Shown: positions 49,470 through 64,000 of the stretch, in pieces
Layout: every line of letters starts with the position of its first letter
Position numbering within the stretch: position 1 is the first letter of the stretch
NCBI GenBank assembly: GCA_951406725.2
Contig: OX597819.1
Location: 31,434,001-31,498,000, forward strand
DNA from: Octopus vulgaris
Lineage: Eukaryota
Reading direction: 5' to 3'
DNA: 64,000 nt
Program-made: the position numbers and the translations under genes
Notes under the pieces: model-generated
What the model saw: only the letters and a program-made list of their open reading frames with translations
Told to the model about the DNA's origin: nothing
Database searches by the model: none

Positions 49470-49929
49470 ATGTGTGTATTATATATATATACGTGTGTAT
49501 ATGTATATATGTATATATGTATATATGTGTGTATACGTACATAGATGTACACTCACAAACACACGCACACTTACACACACACTTACACACACACTTACAC
49601 ACACACACTCACACACTCGTACGTACACAGACACACTGACTTTGTTACGGGAATACTCTTGCGACACACTAATGATTATTGTAAATGCGTGTATTAGAGG
49701 AAATTGCTGAAGGCGCATAATAAAATGGTGACGTTGAATCAGAGACTGCCGAGGACGCTAAACTAATTCCGAGAATGGCTCTAACCTAATTCCAGGAACA
49801 TGCTTTCCTTTATTTGGTTCCTTCTAATGATTTTGTATCAATGGAAAGTCTTTTCTTCCTCCGTCATTTTGTCGTTGTTGTAGTTGTAGTTGTGGGTGTT
49901 GTTGTTACTGTTATTGTAGTTTTTCCCAC

Positions 49930-50505
<576 letters not shown>

Positions 50506-50817
50506 GCAGATAAAACCAAAAAATGATTGATTATGCTCTCAACTACTTCATTTTCTTCCATTTTTTTTTTATAAGTTGCATTCGGAATATCATAGATTAA
50601 GTTTACTGATACGTGAATAATTTCTTCAGCCATTCGTATCGAAATATATTCACGTTGTTGTTGTTGTTGTTGTTGTTGGTGATGTATCTGTTGTTGTTGT
50701 TGTTATTGGTGTTGTTGTCGATGTTAGTGTAGTTGTCGTTGGTTATTTGCTGTTGTCGGTGTAACTTGTTGATTGGTGTTGATGTGGTTGTTATTGATGT
50801 TGTTGGCTTTGTTGTTG

Positions 50818-50849
<32 letters not shown>

Positions 50850-51319
50850 AGAGTAACTTGTTGATGTTGTTGGTGCTGTTGTTGTTGCTGTTGTAGTTAT
50901 TGTTGTTGGTGACTTGGTGCTGTAATTGTTGTTGTTGTTGTTGCTGAAGTTGCTTTGTTTTTGTATTTAATTCCATATCAAACCCCAATCGATCAGACCT
51001 ATGATAAAGACCATTCCTACTATCAGGCACAGAGTATCTTGGACTACATTACGCAATGCGTCCCAAGATGATATCGATGATGTTGATATTATTTGACCCC
51101 AGGATAACATGATTGAATATGATACACGGTGAAACACATTCCGACCGTGAACATCCCAGCTTGATAGTCATATGTAGGACCATATTTTTTTGTGTGTTCT
51201 CTCTTTTCCCAACACAATAGGGTGTGGTTTGATGGAGATTTGATTTCCATTTTTAGCAGATCCAGCAACCACAGACAGTCTTTCTCGTGTATGTGCGTTT
51301 GCGTGTGCATGTATGTATT

Positions 51320-51366
<47 letters not shown>

Positions 51367-51568
51367 TGTGCACTGTTTTCTTGCAGGTCAGACCTGATCG
51401 AGCAAACCTATGATCAACAGTGCTTCATCCATGCCCATCCCTGTGTTTTCTATTTGTAAGAAACCCAGGACAACATTAGACGAAATGACTTTACAAAGGA
51501 GTAAAGATTGACTTGAGGGAGGTTTGCCTACTTTTTGTTTCTGGTACAACGACCACATTAGAATATCT

Positions 51569-51988
51569 GGATCTTTTCGGTTTGAACGGCAGTTTTTTCT
51601 AGCGGTGTCATATGAAATTGTCACCCATAATTATGACCCTAGAGTCGATCTATTGCATTTCAATCTGTTTTAAGGTTAGGGTTAGGGGTGGGGGAAAGGT
51701 ATCTTTTTTTCTTCACAAATGTAAATAAATCCAATCTGTTTCTTAAACGAGGGACATATTCATATAGCACAGAATGTTTTTTTTTACCTCAATGGACGTC
51801 AGTGATTGGTTGAAATTGCAGAAATTGCAGAAAAAGAACAACAAATATCTTAGAAACTAGAGAATTTTCTCAATAAAGCCAAAAGAAAAAATATGTTTTA
51901 TAAACACATTCTACCAGTATACGAAGTTTAAAAGTTTTTAGTTACCTAGAAATTATGTTAAAAACTGCCGTTCAGACCCAAAAGATCC
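51569..51988 (+). mobile_element. MITE family M1, complete (Merlin-like GG...CC, 8-bp TSD)
   Basis: ~29-bp TIRs ggatcttttcggtttgaacggcagttttt; flanks gaatatct/gaagatct (1 mismatch); internal ggttagggttagggg. Confidence 0.88.
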
Positions 51989-52194
51989 GAAGATCTCATA
52001 TCTGTTCATGTTTCTTCGTTGACACGTTCTCAAGTTAAATATGTTCACTTTACTCGGATTTATATATTTAATTTTACTGCTATAAATGGTTTATTTACAC
52101 GTATACTCCTTGCTTGTCTAATTTTAGATTTATAGCCTGTTCATTTATCGCCTGTATAATGAATTCCTCTATAAGCGATGTTCTTTCAAAAACA

Positions 52195-52715
52195 TCGTTG
52201 TCCTCTCTGCTTGTTCGTCCACCAGAATGACAAGGACCGTTTAATCATCCTGGATGAAGGATGACTGATGACTTGCGCCGTGAGTTTGTATAAAGTGAAA
52301 GAAGGGTTGCACACTGCCAACCTTTCTCTCGTTACAGACCATTTTCAATCCAGTGGCATGACTAGGTCTCGATGATTGGGGATGGAGACGGATGCAGTTG
52401 ATGACCAAGTTGTTTTGCTTCTTTCATCTTGTTTTCTGCGCACCCGAATACGTTGCAGCGGCCACTTTCCCTTCCGTTGAACAATGGTTTCTTCCGACTG
52501 TGTCCGTCGGATCTATTCTTCACATGCATAGGTGGAGACAAGCCCTAACTCACTTAGACTTGCATTCCCGTTGGCTGCCATCACTTGATTTACCCTGCCA
52601 GTCGAAGCGGCTTGTCGAGGTGTTGCCACCCTTGCATACAAGTAAGCAGCGACTTGGAGCCACAGGTGAGAGCTGGGTAACCGGTGGAGACCAAAGCTGT
52701 CGAACCACCCCAAAG
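52195..52715 (-). mobile_element. RTE 5'UTR-derived non-autonomous element
   Basis: GC-rich non-coding segment whose motifs (cccagctctcacctgtggctcc, catgccactgga, caactgcatccgtctcc) resemble RTE 5'UTRs as I recall them; not database-verified. Confidence 0.55.
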
Positions 52716-53025
52716 ATCACGATGTGTTCCCTCGTCTAGTGTGCTAATCTCTTCCTGACTCTCCATATACCCCTGTATACACGTGGTTTCAGCCATATGC
52801 GCGGGGAAGTAGGTATGGCCAAGCGGTTAAGAAGTTCGTTTTGCAATTGTGATGTTCCAGGTTTGATCCTGCACCAGGATGACATCAAGAGCATGCGCAA
52901 TTACATAACGTGACGTCTTGTCTTTTATTATAACTACGGATCGACCCAAGCTTTGTGAGCAAAATTATGTTCAAGGAAATTGTGTGGAAGCTCGCCAGAA
53001 AGATTGTGCCAGTTTAGAGAGAGAA

Positions 53026-53111
<86 letters not shown>

Positions 53112-53299
53112 CAACCTTGTCACTCTTGTGTCATGTTGATCCTGCCTGAGTATTACATTAAAAGTACACGTGCCTCTGGAATATTCAGCAATAAGCAGTC
53201 CACTTCAAACGAACTAAATGTTCAAATGAACTAATAGTTCAAATGCAATAAGTAGTTCAGTTGATCAAACATAAGCTTGTGGCCTGGTATTTTCTTCTC

Positions 53300-53873
53300 C
53301 TCTGCATTTATGTAGGTTCTTCTGCGCATTTAACGACACTTGCTTTATTCAACGACACTGCTCTGACGCATTTTCGTAACCTTTTGAAAGGCAAGAAAAA
53401 GCAGACTTCTCTTTATATGTTTCTAATGAAACGACATGTAAGTGTGAAAAGTGATGAAAGTGTGTCCAAAAAGCCTAAATTAAGCGAAGAGAAAACACCA
53501 GAAATTGCTTTTATAGAAGTCTTAATGGAAGGAGATTCTCCTTCCAAATAGTAATCCCCCTCCATGCTCCATAGTTTTCCTCGTGCACAAATTGTCCCAT
53601 TTTAAAGCGAATTAAAATATTAAAACCAGTTTACATATTTCTTTTGCATTCTCTTTTATTATGTTTTCATAATTATCATTTTCCTTGTAATTGCACCTTT
53701 TCTGCTTTAAAATCCCTAAAAAATATTTTTGGATGGTTTTGCGGGGCTGAAACGAATTAATTGTATTTTTATTAATTTTAATGGGGAAAATTAATTTATA
53801 AAACGAGTAAATCGTAAAAAAACGAGCTCGGTCATGGAACGAATTAAAATGCTACTGCGAGGTATCACTGTAT
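53300..53873 (+). mobile_element. Tigger/pogo 3' end
   Basis: ALFNDTALTHFRNLLKGKKKQTSLYMFL (TIGD1-like C-terminus); right end cgaggtatcactg-ta. Confidence 0.82.
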
Positions 53874-54072
53874 ACACACACACACACACGTGTGTGTGTG
53901 CGTGCGTGTTTGCTTCATTGTGTTTGTGTTTTCCTCACCACGCTTGACAACTGGTACTGGTTTGTTTACATCTCCGTAATTTAGCAGCTTGACAAAGCAG
54001 ACTGATAGAATAAATTCCAGACTTTAAAAAAAACAACTAAATATTTGTGTGTGTGTTTGTGCGTGTGCGTGC

Positions 54073-54111
<39 letters not shown>

Positions 54112-54153
54112 TGTGTGTGTGTTTGGGGATGATCTGTTCGACTAAAACTATTT

Positions 54154-54362
54154 GGCGATGCTTCGGTATAGGTACACACGTGACTTTGTTTACATTTCTG
54201 AAGGTAACAGAAACCCTTTTCAACCACCCTTAACCGTAATCCTAATACAAACCCTAAACCTAACCCTAACCCCCCCCCCCATATATATAAAAAAAAAACT
54301 CTTTCTTGAAATGTATCCGGTACTTCCGTTACTTACACCGGTACATATACCGAAGGTTCGCC
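54154..54362. mobile_element. MITE family M2 (GG...CC, perfect 8-bp TSD) inserted in a SINE B tail
   Basis: TIRs ggcgatgcttcggtataggtac / gtacatataccgaaggttcgcc; TSD aactattt (54146-54153 and 54363-54370); internal ccctaaacctaaccctaaccc. Confidence 0.9.
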
Positions 54363-54435
54363 AACTATTTATGTCGGTGCTCCAGCATGACTGAAAGAAA
54401 TTTTAGATAAAAGATATCGTTCTGAGAAACTAAGG

Positions 54436-54840
54436 GGCACAGGAGTGGCTGTGTGGTAAGTAGCTTGCTAACCAACCACATGGTTCCGGGTTCGGTCCCA
54501 CTGCGTGGCACCTTGGGCAAATGTCTTCTACTATAGCCTCGGGCCGACCAATGCCTTGTGGGTGGATTTGGTAGACGGAAACTGAAAGAAGCCTGTCGTA
54601 TATATGTATATATATATATGTGTGTGTGTTTGTGTGTCTGTGTTTGTCCCTCTAGTATTGCTTGACAACCGATGCTGGTGTGTTTATGTCCCCGTTACTT
54701 AGCGGTTCGGCAAAAGCGACCGATAGAATAAGTACTGGGCTTACAAAAGAATAAGTCCCGGGGTCGAGTTGCTCGACTAAAAGGCGGTGCTCCAGCATGG
54801 CTGCAGTCAAATGACTGAAACAAGTAAAAGAGTAAAAAGA
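54436..54840 (+). mobile_element. SINE family B, full length
   Basis: Near-consensus. Confidence 0.93.
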
Positions 54841-55238
54841 GAGTATGGGTTAATGTAATCCTCGATATACACAAACACGGGATGGTCATTGCCTGGAAGG
54901 ATTTTGATCACAAGTTTGCTACGATTGTGCTGACCTGAGGTTAAACAAAATTGACGGTGTTTTGCCAAGGATGTCTCACGTTAACAGATTACTACTGTAT
55001 GCAATGCGTGTGTATACGTGTGTATGTATCTATGTATGTATGTATGTGTGTGTGTGTATGTATGTATGTGTGTGTGTGTGTGTGTTTGCATGTATGTATG
55101 TAAGAATGTGTATATTGGTATGGGTTCATGAAACAGGAAGTACAGATGAATGAAATAGGAAAATTAACACACGCACATACGCACATTCAGTTATCCATAC
55201 TTGCACATATATGTATGTATATACATGTATTTGTATGT

Positions 55239-56740
<1,502 letters not shown>

Positions 56741-57074
56741 TCTATTTATATGTTTGACTCATGTCAGTTTATATGTATAAACGCGCGCGCGCACACACAC
56801 ACACCACACATATGGGGACACGCATGCGTTTGTGTCTAAGTGTTTATATATGTACGTTATGCGTTTGTTTGTATTCCCATATTTCAATTATCTATCTCCG
56901 ACTTGTACCTTTCTTCTACGTGTCTGTGTCTTTATGACCTTCCGTCTCTTCACCAATTCTCCATCCACCCCTTTTTCACCCATCTAACCATACATGCATC
57001 AATCCATCCATCGATCGATCCTTCCATCTACCCATATATTTATTGTTCCATTCCTGTCTATTTGTCTGCCTGTC

Positions 57075-57130
<56 letters not shown>

Positions 57131-59203
57131 AATGTACGTCTCTACCTGTTTGTATGTCTCTCTGTTTACCTACGTATACTGTGCATATCTAGTTATCTAA
57201 TCCTTTATTCATTTTTGTATTAGCTTTTCTTTACGCTGCATGAATGACAAACATAAACCTTCCCGTCATATATTTACTAAAATCTCCCTCAAGCCGTTAG
57301 CAACTGCGATGGGTGGTAGTAAAGATCGTACAAGTATTGTAGGTGACGCTGCTACTAGTAGCAGTAATGATAGTATTGGTACCAATTGTGTAGGCGTTGC
57401 TTCACCTAGAAGCGACTCTGATAATGTGGTAATGGGCGTTATTTACTCATCAATGGCATTTAAATATAAAAGTGTGCTAGTTGATCTCTCAAGACCCATA
57501 AAAGATGAAAGTAATTAAGTGTAAGCATGTCGGCCATATTGGATATAATGTAGTAGACATTTTGAATGAATATATTCAGAAATATTGATTCTTAACATAG
57601 GCACGAGACCATAAATTTGGAGGTAACATATCGATCTCGACCTATCAGATCAGTCGTTTGTTTTGGGACACAAATGACCTGGTATGTCGTAATGAATACA
57701 ACAAACTAGAGATATCATGTAAATTATGGTGACGGCGTATTCCTGGGCGATCCCGGGTATGAATTAATTTAAAATGTCGTAAGATTGCTATATTCCTCTT
57801 TGGCATTCTCGTTATACACGGCAACAAGGTATTTGAGAGGTGAACAAGGTCAGCTAAGTTATTAATTACATCAGTGTGATATTTTCAATCGGTGTTGTCT
57901 GCGCAAAAACATTAATATAGCATGGCCGAACTCCGTCGGGGATGACGAACAAATGATAATATACAAGAGTCGCTAACAATTACTATTAGGTTTTGGTTTT
58001 TATTTCTTCATCTAAGGGAGAAATTTCAATTAAATGAGAGTATTCAGTATATCAGCCATTCATTTGCTTGATAATAAGTATGAACGACAGGTATCACCAA
58101 TGCTATGGTGGAAGAGCGTAAACGCGCAATGCAGGAATGGAACCCAAACTTGTTGAAACAAAGAAAGGTAGTGGTAAGAAAACTTGTCGAAGAACACTAA
58201 GATTGAATTGAAGAATAATCGGGTAGCGATTAGAAAGAACTCAATGGGGGTTACATGCAACCAATGTCTTAAGAGAAATATTCTAACTCGAATTTCCAAC
58301 AAGGAATGTGGAGAAGTTAGCCTGAAGGTTAAATCTATGGAAAATTATAAAGAGTTTGTGCTATGTCAAAATGTTAGACCCTATCAATATTCTACAAATT
58401 CTCATTTGGTTTAAATTTGCCCACGACGCAAACCGGCATTAGATTTCTTGCATTCCAGGATTCACCTTGCACAGCATCAGTTTCGCTTCTTCGTTTGGTG
58501 TCACCAGGTACTTCAGTAGGATGCGTAAACAGAACCACTAAGCTAGTACCACTAAGCTAATACTACTAAGATAATGCTACTAAGCTAATTATATATATGT
58601 AAAGGCACTCTGCCCTATGATTTGGCTTAGGTTTTCTACTTTAAGTTTTGACCTTATGACAATATATTCTACACAGAGCGGTTTTGGAATGTAAGTTTAC
58701 TCTTCTGATTCTGTCAGTTGACATCAACTTGCTCTCAATGTACTCTTGAGCACAGGAGGAACTGATATTGAGCCTAATAACATCAACTTCATTGCAACTC
58801 AGAATCAGCATTATGTTCCATTACGAGTGAAAAAAATATCTTTATTAATATATGAGAAAATATAGAGAAAAAAAAACACACTGTCCAAAAAACAAATAAA
58901 ATATAAAACTTAATTAATCTGTTTTTAATAAATAAAATTCTGAACTTACATTCCGAGTTCAAATCCTGCTGAGGTTGACTTTGCCTGCCATCCTTTCGTC
59001 AGGTTAATAAAATAAGCATCAGCTGAACACCCCCGACTTATCCTACCCCCGAAATTGAACTCGGAATGTGAAGACGGACGAAACGCTGCTACGCATTTCT
59101 CTCGGCGCACTAACGATTCTGCCAGCTCAGCTCCCTCATAATGTGAAACATTAAGTGATGAAAAAACAATGAAATTAGGGTTTTGACATTTAAATACATG
59201 TCA

Positions 59204-59432
59204 AGGCTGCGAGCTGGCAGACTCGTTAGCACTGTGGACATAATGCTTAGCGGCATTTCGTCCGTTTTAATGTTACGAGCTCAAATTCCATCGTGGTCTA
59301 CTTTGCCTTTCATCCTTTCGGAGCGTAAAGAAAAGCTAATACAAAAATGAATAAAGGATTAGATAACTAGATATGCACGGTATACGTAGGTAAACAAAGA
59401 GACATACAAACAGGTAGAGACGTACATTAGAA

Positions 59433-59470
<38 letters not shown>

Positions 59471-59600
59471 TACAGACAGGCAGACAAATAGACAGGAATG
59501 GAACAATAAATATATGGGTAGATGGAAGGATCGATCGATGTAATCGACTAGCCCCTTTCATCCAAAATTTCAAGCCTTCTCTATAGTAGAAAGGATATTT
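59204..59600 (+). mobile_element. SINE family A interrupted by a templated inverted insertion (59322-59540)
   Basis: The insert is the reverse complement of 57009-57237. Confidence 0.9.
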
Positions 59601-59690
59601 AAATATACGTTCTTCAAATCTCTTGTAATATTTTTTAACCTATGTGATACGTCAGGATCGTTATTTAACCGATGAATTGTTATATTTTAA

Positions 59691-59921
59691 GGCGGCGAGC
59701 TGGCCGAAACGTTAGCACGCCGGGCGAAGTGCTTAGCAGTATTTCGTCTGCCGTTACGTTCTGAGTTCAAATTCCACCGAGGTCGACTTTACCTTTCATC
59801 CTTTCGGGGTCGATAAATTAAGTACCAGTTACGCACTGCGGTCGATGTAATCGACTTAATCCCTTTGTCTGTCCTTGTTTGCCCCTTCTATGTTTTGCCC
59901 CTTGTGGGCAATAAAGAAATA
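59691..59921 (+). mobile_element. SINE family A, full length
   Basis: Near-consensus; imperfect TSD gaattg(t/c)tatatt. Confidence 0.92.
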
Positions 59922-60094
59922 AGAATTGCTATATTATGGTTTAAAACCCTGCCGAGGTGGACTCTGGTTTTCATCTCTCCATTGTTGAAAGGGCATATGT
60001 AGGTATGATGTAATCAGCTTTGATCCAAATATGTGCGCTGTGTCATTGGGGTAAGCTATTATTTCGTCTCTAAGTGATAACAAAGTATCTGTTA

Positions 60095-60750
60095 TCTTTT
60101 ACTTGCTTCTGTCATTGGATTGCGGTCATACTGGGGCATCGCCTTCACGGGTTTAATTGAACACATCGACCCCCAGTACATGTTTTTCCGCTTTAAATTT
60201 TGGTACTTATTTTGTACACTTTTGTCGAATCTGCTAAACTACGAAGACGTAAGCAAACCAACAACGGTTGTCAAGCGAGCACAAGCGCGCGCAGACACAC
60301 ACACACGCTGACACAGACACAGACATACACATACAACGTGCTTCTACACAGTTTCCATGTAGCAAAATCAATCACAAAGCACTGGTTGGCGCGGAGCTAG
60401 TAGAAGACTCTTGCCCCAGATACCATGCAGTGGGACTGAACCTGAAACCATGTAGTTGCAAAGCGAGCTGAGCTGTTTGCATCCCAACCACATGGCTCTG
60501 CGTTCAGTCCCACAATGTGGCACCTTGGACAAGTGTCTTCCAGTATAATCCCGAGTCAACCAAAGCCTTGTGAGTGGAGTTGGTTGACGAAAACTGAAAG
60601 AAGCCCGTCACTTGACAACCGGTGTTGGTTTGTTCACGTCCGCATAAGAGCGATAAAAGAAACCAGACTTTAAAACTTAGTACTGGGGTCAATTTGTTTG
60701 ACTGAGCCCTTGAACGCAGTGCCCCAGAATGGCAGCAGTCCAGAGACTGA
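60095..60750. mobile_element. Head-to-head diverged SINE B pair
   Basis: Minus copy to ~60470 abuts a plus copy from ~60470. Confidence 0.8.
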
Positions 60751-61398
60751 AAAAAAAAACACGGAAGGATACATTGTATGATGTAGTGTGAACTATATTA
60801 TGTAGGAAGAGTCAGGAAGGGATGGCTACGGATGGAGCGCTCTTGGCCATAAGTTTGCTGAGTCAATACTGACCCGGGACTGGACGACAACAACATCGAC
60901 AACAACAATGATAACAGCATGATCCTCCCTTACATCACCACCACCACCACCACCACCACCACCACCATCAAGAGCAGCAGCAGTAACAACAGCAACGACA
61001 ATAGCAACAACATCAATAACAAAGATGGCAGCAACACCAATAACATCTATTGGTTAGCAGAAATGAATAAAAGGGAAAAAAATCAATTGCTTTTTAAATA
61101 AAGCGTTAAATAATAAACGAATAAATACATAAATAAATACATAAACAACTAAATAAATAAATAAATAAAATAATACACGAACAAGAAAAATAAATAAATA
61201 AATAAATAAATAAATAAAACCGATTTGTTTAAATTGAAAAAAATTCCAATTATTAAACAAGAAGATGAATATCGTCGATAAAATGTTATTTAAACATGAA
61301 TACAACAGCAGTGGTGTTATTTGCTGTTTATTTGTTGTTAATATTTTTGTGTTTAAGGTACTCTATTATGATAGGAGGGAAAGAGAGATAGAAAGAGG

Positions 61399-61431
<33 letters not shown>

Positions 61432-61574
61432 AGAGAGAGAAAGGGAGAGAGAAGTGGGTAGAAGAGAGGTGTAATTAAACACGCTGAAGTCCATTTAACC
61501 CCACGCACTACTCTTCCGTCTCCTCCTTCACCTCCGTCCTATTTCTTCTCCTTCTTTTCCTACTTCTCCTCTTT

Positions 61575-61933
<359 letters not shown>

Positions 61934-62274
61934 ACAGAGATTCTATGAAGCAGTCCACCCACCTCCCAAAACTTGCACTTAGGGGTGGAGTGAAGATAAA
62001 ACAATTGTTTAGTCATGACTAGCATGAAACCGTGTAAAAGAGGAAACGGGTGGAAGGATGAAAGAGGTGGACGAATGGGTTGGATGAATGGGGTTGATGA
62101 ATGAGGCAAATGAATGCGGTGGATGTATATATGTTATTGTTTAGAGTTGTAAGGAAGCCTTAATTTCTGTAGGGCATCTAACCGTGGCCACCCTTTCTTA
62201 AATTAAGATACAGTGCATCTAGAACTATTCATTATGTAATATGTTCATCTTTCTTGTAATATGATAAGATTTAA

Positions 62275-62450
62275 GGCAGCGAGCTAGCAGATTCGTTACC
62301 ATGCTGGACAAAAAGGCTAAGTGGTATTTCCTCCGTCTTCATCCTTTAGGGGGTCGATAAAATGAGTACCAGTTGAGCACTGGGGTCAATATTATCGACT
62401 TATTGCCTACCCCGAACTTGCTGGCTCTGTGCCAAAAATTGAAATCAACA
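62275..62450 (+). mobile_element. SINE family A, diverged and deleted
   Basis: Head and core recognisable. Confidence 0.75.
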
Positions 62451-62619
62451 TGTTAAGGTGATAGTTGAGGGAACTTTTGCTGCTATATCTGGATCGTAAG
62501 CTTCCCCGTACAAGCTGTCTCGTTGGCTTGTGATGAAGGTTGTTAGTTAGCCCAAGTTCAACACCTTTTGAGCAGATTCAATAATCATCGTCTGCTACCC
62601 AACAACTACCCACTTTTAT

Positions 62620-63030
62620 ACTTTTTTACTCTTTTACTTGTTTCAGTCATTTGTCTGTGGCCATGCTGGAGCACCGCCTTTAGTCGAGCAAATCGACCCC
62701 CAGGACTTATTCTTTGTAAGCCTAGTACTTATTCTATCGGTCTCTTTTTCCCGAACCGCTAAGTTACGGGGACGTAAACACACCAGCATCGGTTGTCAAG
62801 CAATGTTGGGGGGGGGGGACAAACACAGACATACAAACGTATACATATATATATACACACACACCCATATATATATATATACATGTATACGACGGGCTTC
62901 TTTTAGTTTCCGTCTACCAAATCCACTCACAAGGCTTTGGTCGACCCGAGGTTATAGTAGAAGACACTTGCCCAAGGTGCCACGCAGTGGGACTGAACCC
63001 GGAACCATGTGGTTAGTAAGCAAGCTACTT
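62620..63030 (-). mobile_element. SINE family B
   Basis: Near-consensus reverse copy. Confidence 0.92.
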
Positions 63031-63209
63031 ATTATATTTATTTATTTGTTTATTTATTATTCCATGCGCAACATGGAGCTTGAGAACGATTATTTTGGCC
63101 GGAAGATAATCTTTCAATTTGGTTTTGATCTGTACTAAAAGACGTTCTGAGAAGAAGAATCTTGCTTGGATTCTTTCAAATTGTCAAATTTTCTACACAG
63201 TTTGCAAAC

Positions 63210-63622
63210 GCACAGGAGTGGCTGTGTTGTAAGTAGCTTGTTTACCAACCACATGGTTCCGGGTTCAGTCCCACTGTGTGGCACCTTGGGCAAGTGTCTT
63301 CTACTATAGCCTCGGGCCGACCAAAGCCTTGTGAGTGGATTTGGTAGATGGAAACTGAAAGAAGCCCGTCGTATATATGTATATATATATGTGTGTGTGT
63401 GCGTGTATGTTTGTGTTTGTCCCCCTAGCATTGCTTAACAACCGATGCTGGTGTGTTTATGTCCCCGTCACTTAGCGGTTCGGCAAAGGAGACCGATAGA
63501 ATAAGTACTGGGCCTGCAATGAATAAGTCCCGGGGTCGAGTTGCTCGATTAGAGGTGGTGCTCCAGCATGGCCGCAGTCAGATGACTGAAACAAGTAAAA
63601 GAGAGTAAAAGAGAGTAAAGAG
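63210..63622 (+). mobile_element. SINE family B
   Basis: Near-consensus with (aaaagagagt)n tail. Confidence 0.92.
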
Positions 63623-63639
63623 AGCGCGTATATTTATCT

Positions 63640-63850
63640 ATCATTATAAGAAATATTCAAAGAAGGAAGGTGTTGGTTTCTAACAGAGACCAAAATTCTA
63701 TCACTGAAATTTAAATAACAACAACGTTAATATTTATATGTTAGACTTTAGAATGGTCTTACATAATTGTATTGGTGCGCTTACAGATTGTATATGTAAT
63801 GTGTGTGTTAGGTTTTTTCCTTGCTCGAAATCCTAGTTATCCCAGACTAT
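63640..63850 (-). mobile_element. R4/Dong C-terminus plus 3'UTR fragment
   Basis: LGFRARKNLTHTLHIQSVSAPIQLCKTILKS; the UTR resembles 13786-13890. Confidence 0.68.
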
Positions 63851-63930
63851 CACAAATAATTATTTGGTATAAATGGGAATTATTAATACACGCGTGCAAA
63901 TATGCATGAACACACACACACACACATACG

Positions 63931-63977
<47 letters not shown>

Positions 63978-64000
63978 ATACATACATACATATATATATA

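Noticed and set aside
51671-51695. True telomere or chromosome-fusion scar
   Set aside because: Only 2-3 degenerate units, internal to a TIR/TSD-bounded MITE.

Overview
This is AT-rich animal genomic DNA, almost certainly from an octopus (coleoid cephalopod), judged from its SINE families and extreme microsatellite load. I cannot support any intact host protein-coding gene, tRNA, rRNA or CRISPR array, and nearly all of the supplied ORFs are microsatellite or SINE artefacts. The window is a mosaic of mobile DNA: three abundant tRNA-derived SINE families; a 5'-truncated CR1/L2-group LINE with an open RT frame; fragments of RTE, R4/Dong, CRE-like and Naiad-type Penelope-like retroelements; Tigger/pogo, mariner and DD37D relics; a non-autonomous Helitron; and GG...CC-ended MITEs with 8-bp TSDs. 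Best leads: (1) a canonical type I hammerhead ribozyme at 24900-24950 (-) inside a ~640-bp unit bounded by direct repeats, i.e. retrozyme-like; (2) several other hammerhead-like cassettes and fold-back palindromes lodged in (TA)n arrays; (3) R4/Dong and zinc-finger RTE elements that co-occupy (TATG)n arrays; (4) Merlin-like MITEs carrying TTAGGG-like repeats; (5) locally templated inverted insertions that create potential dsRNA. All family assignments come from motif recognition by eye, not from database searches.
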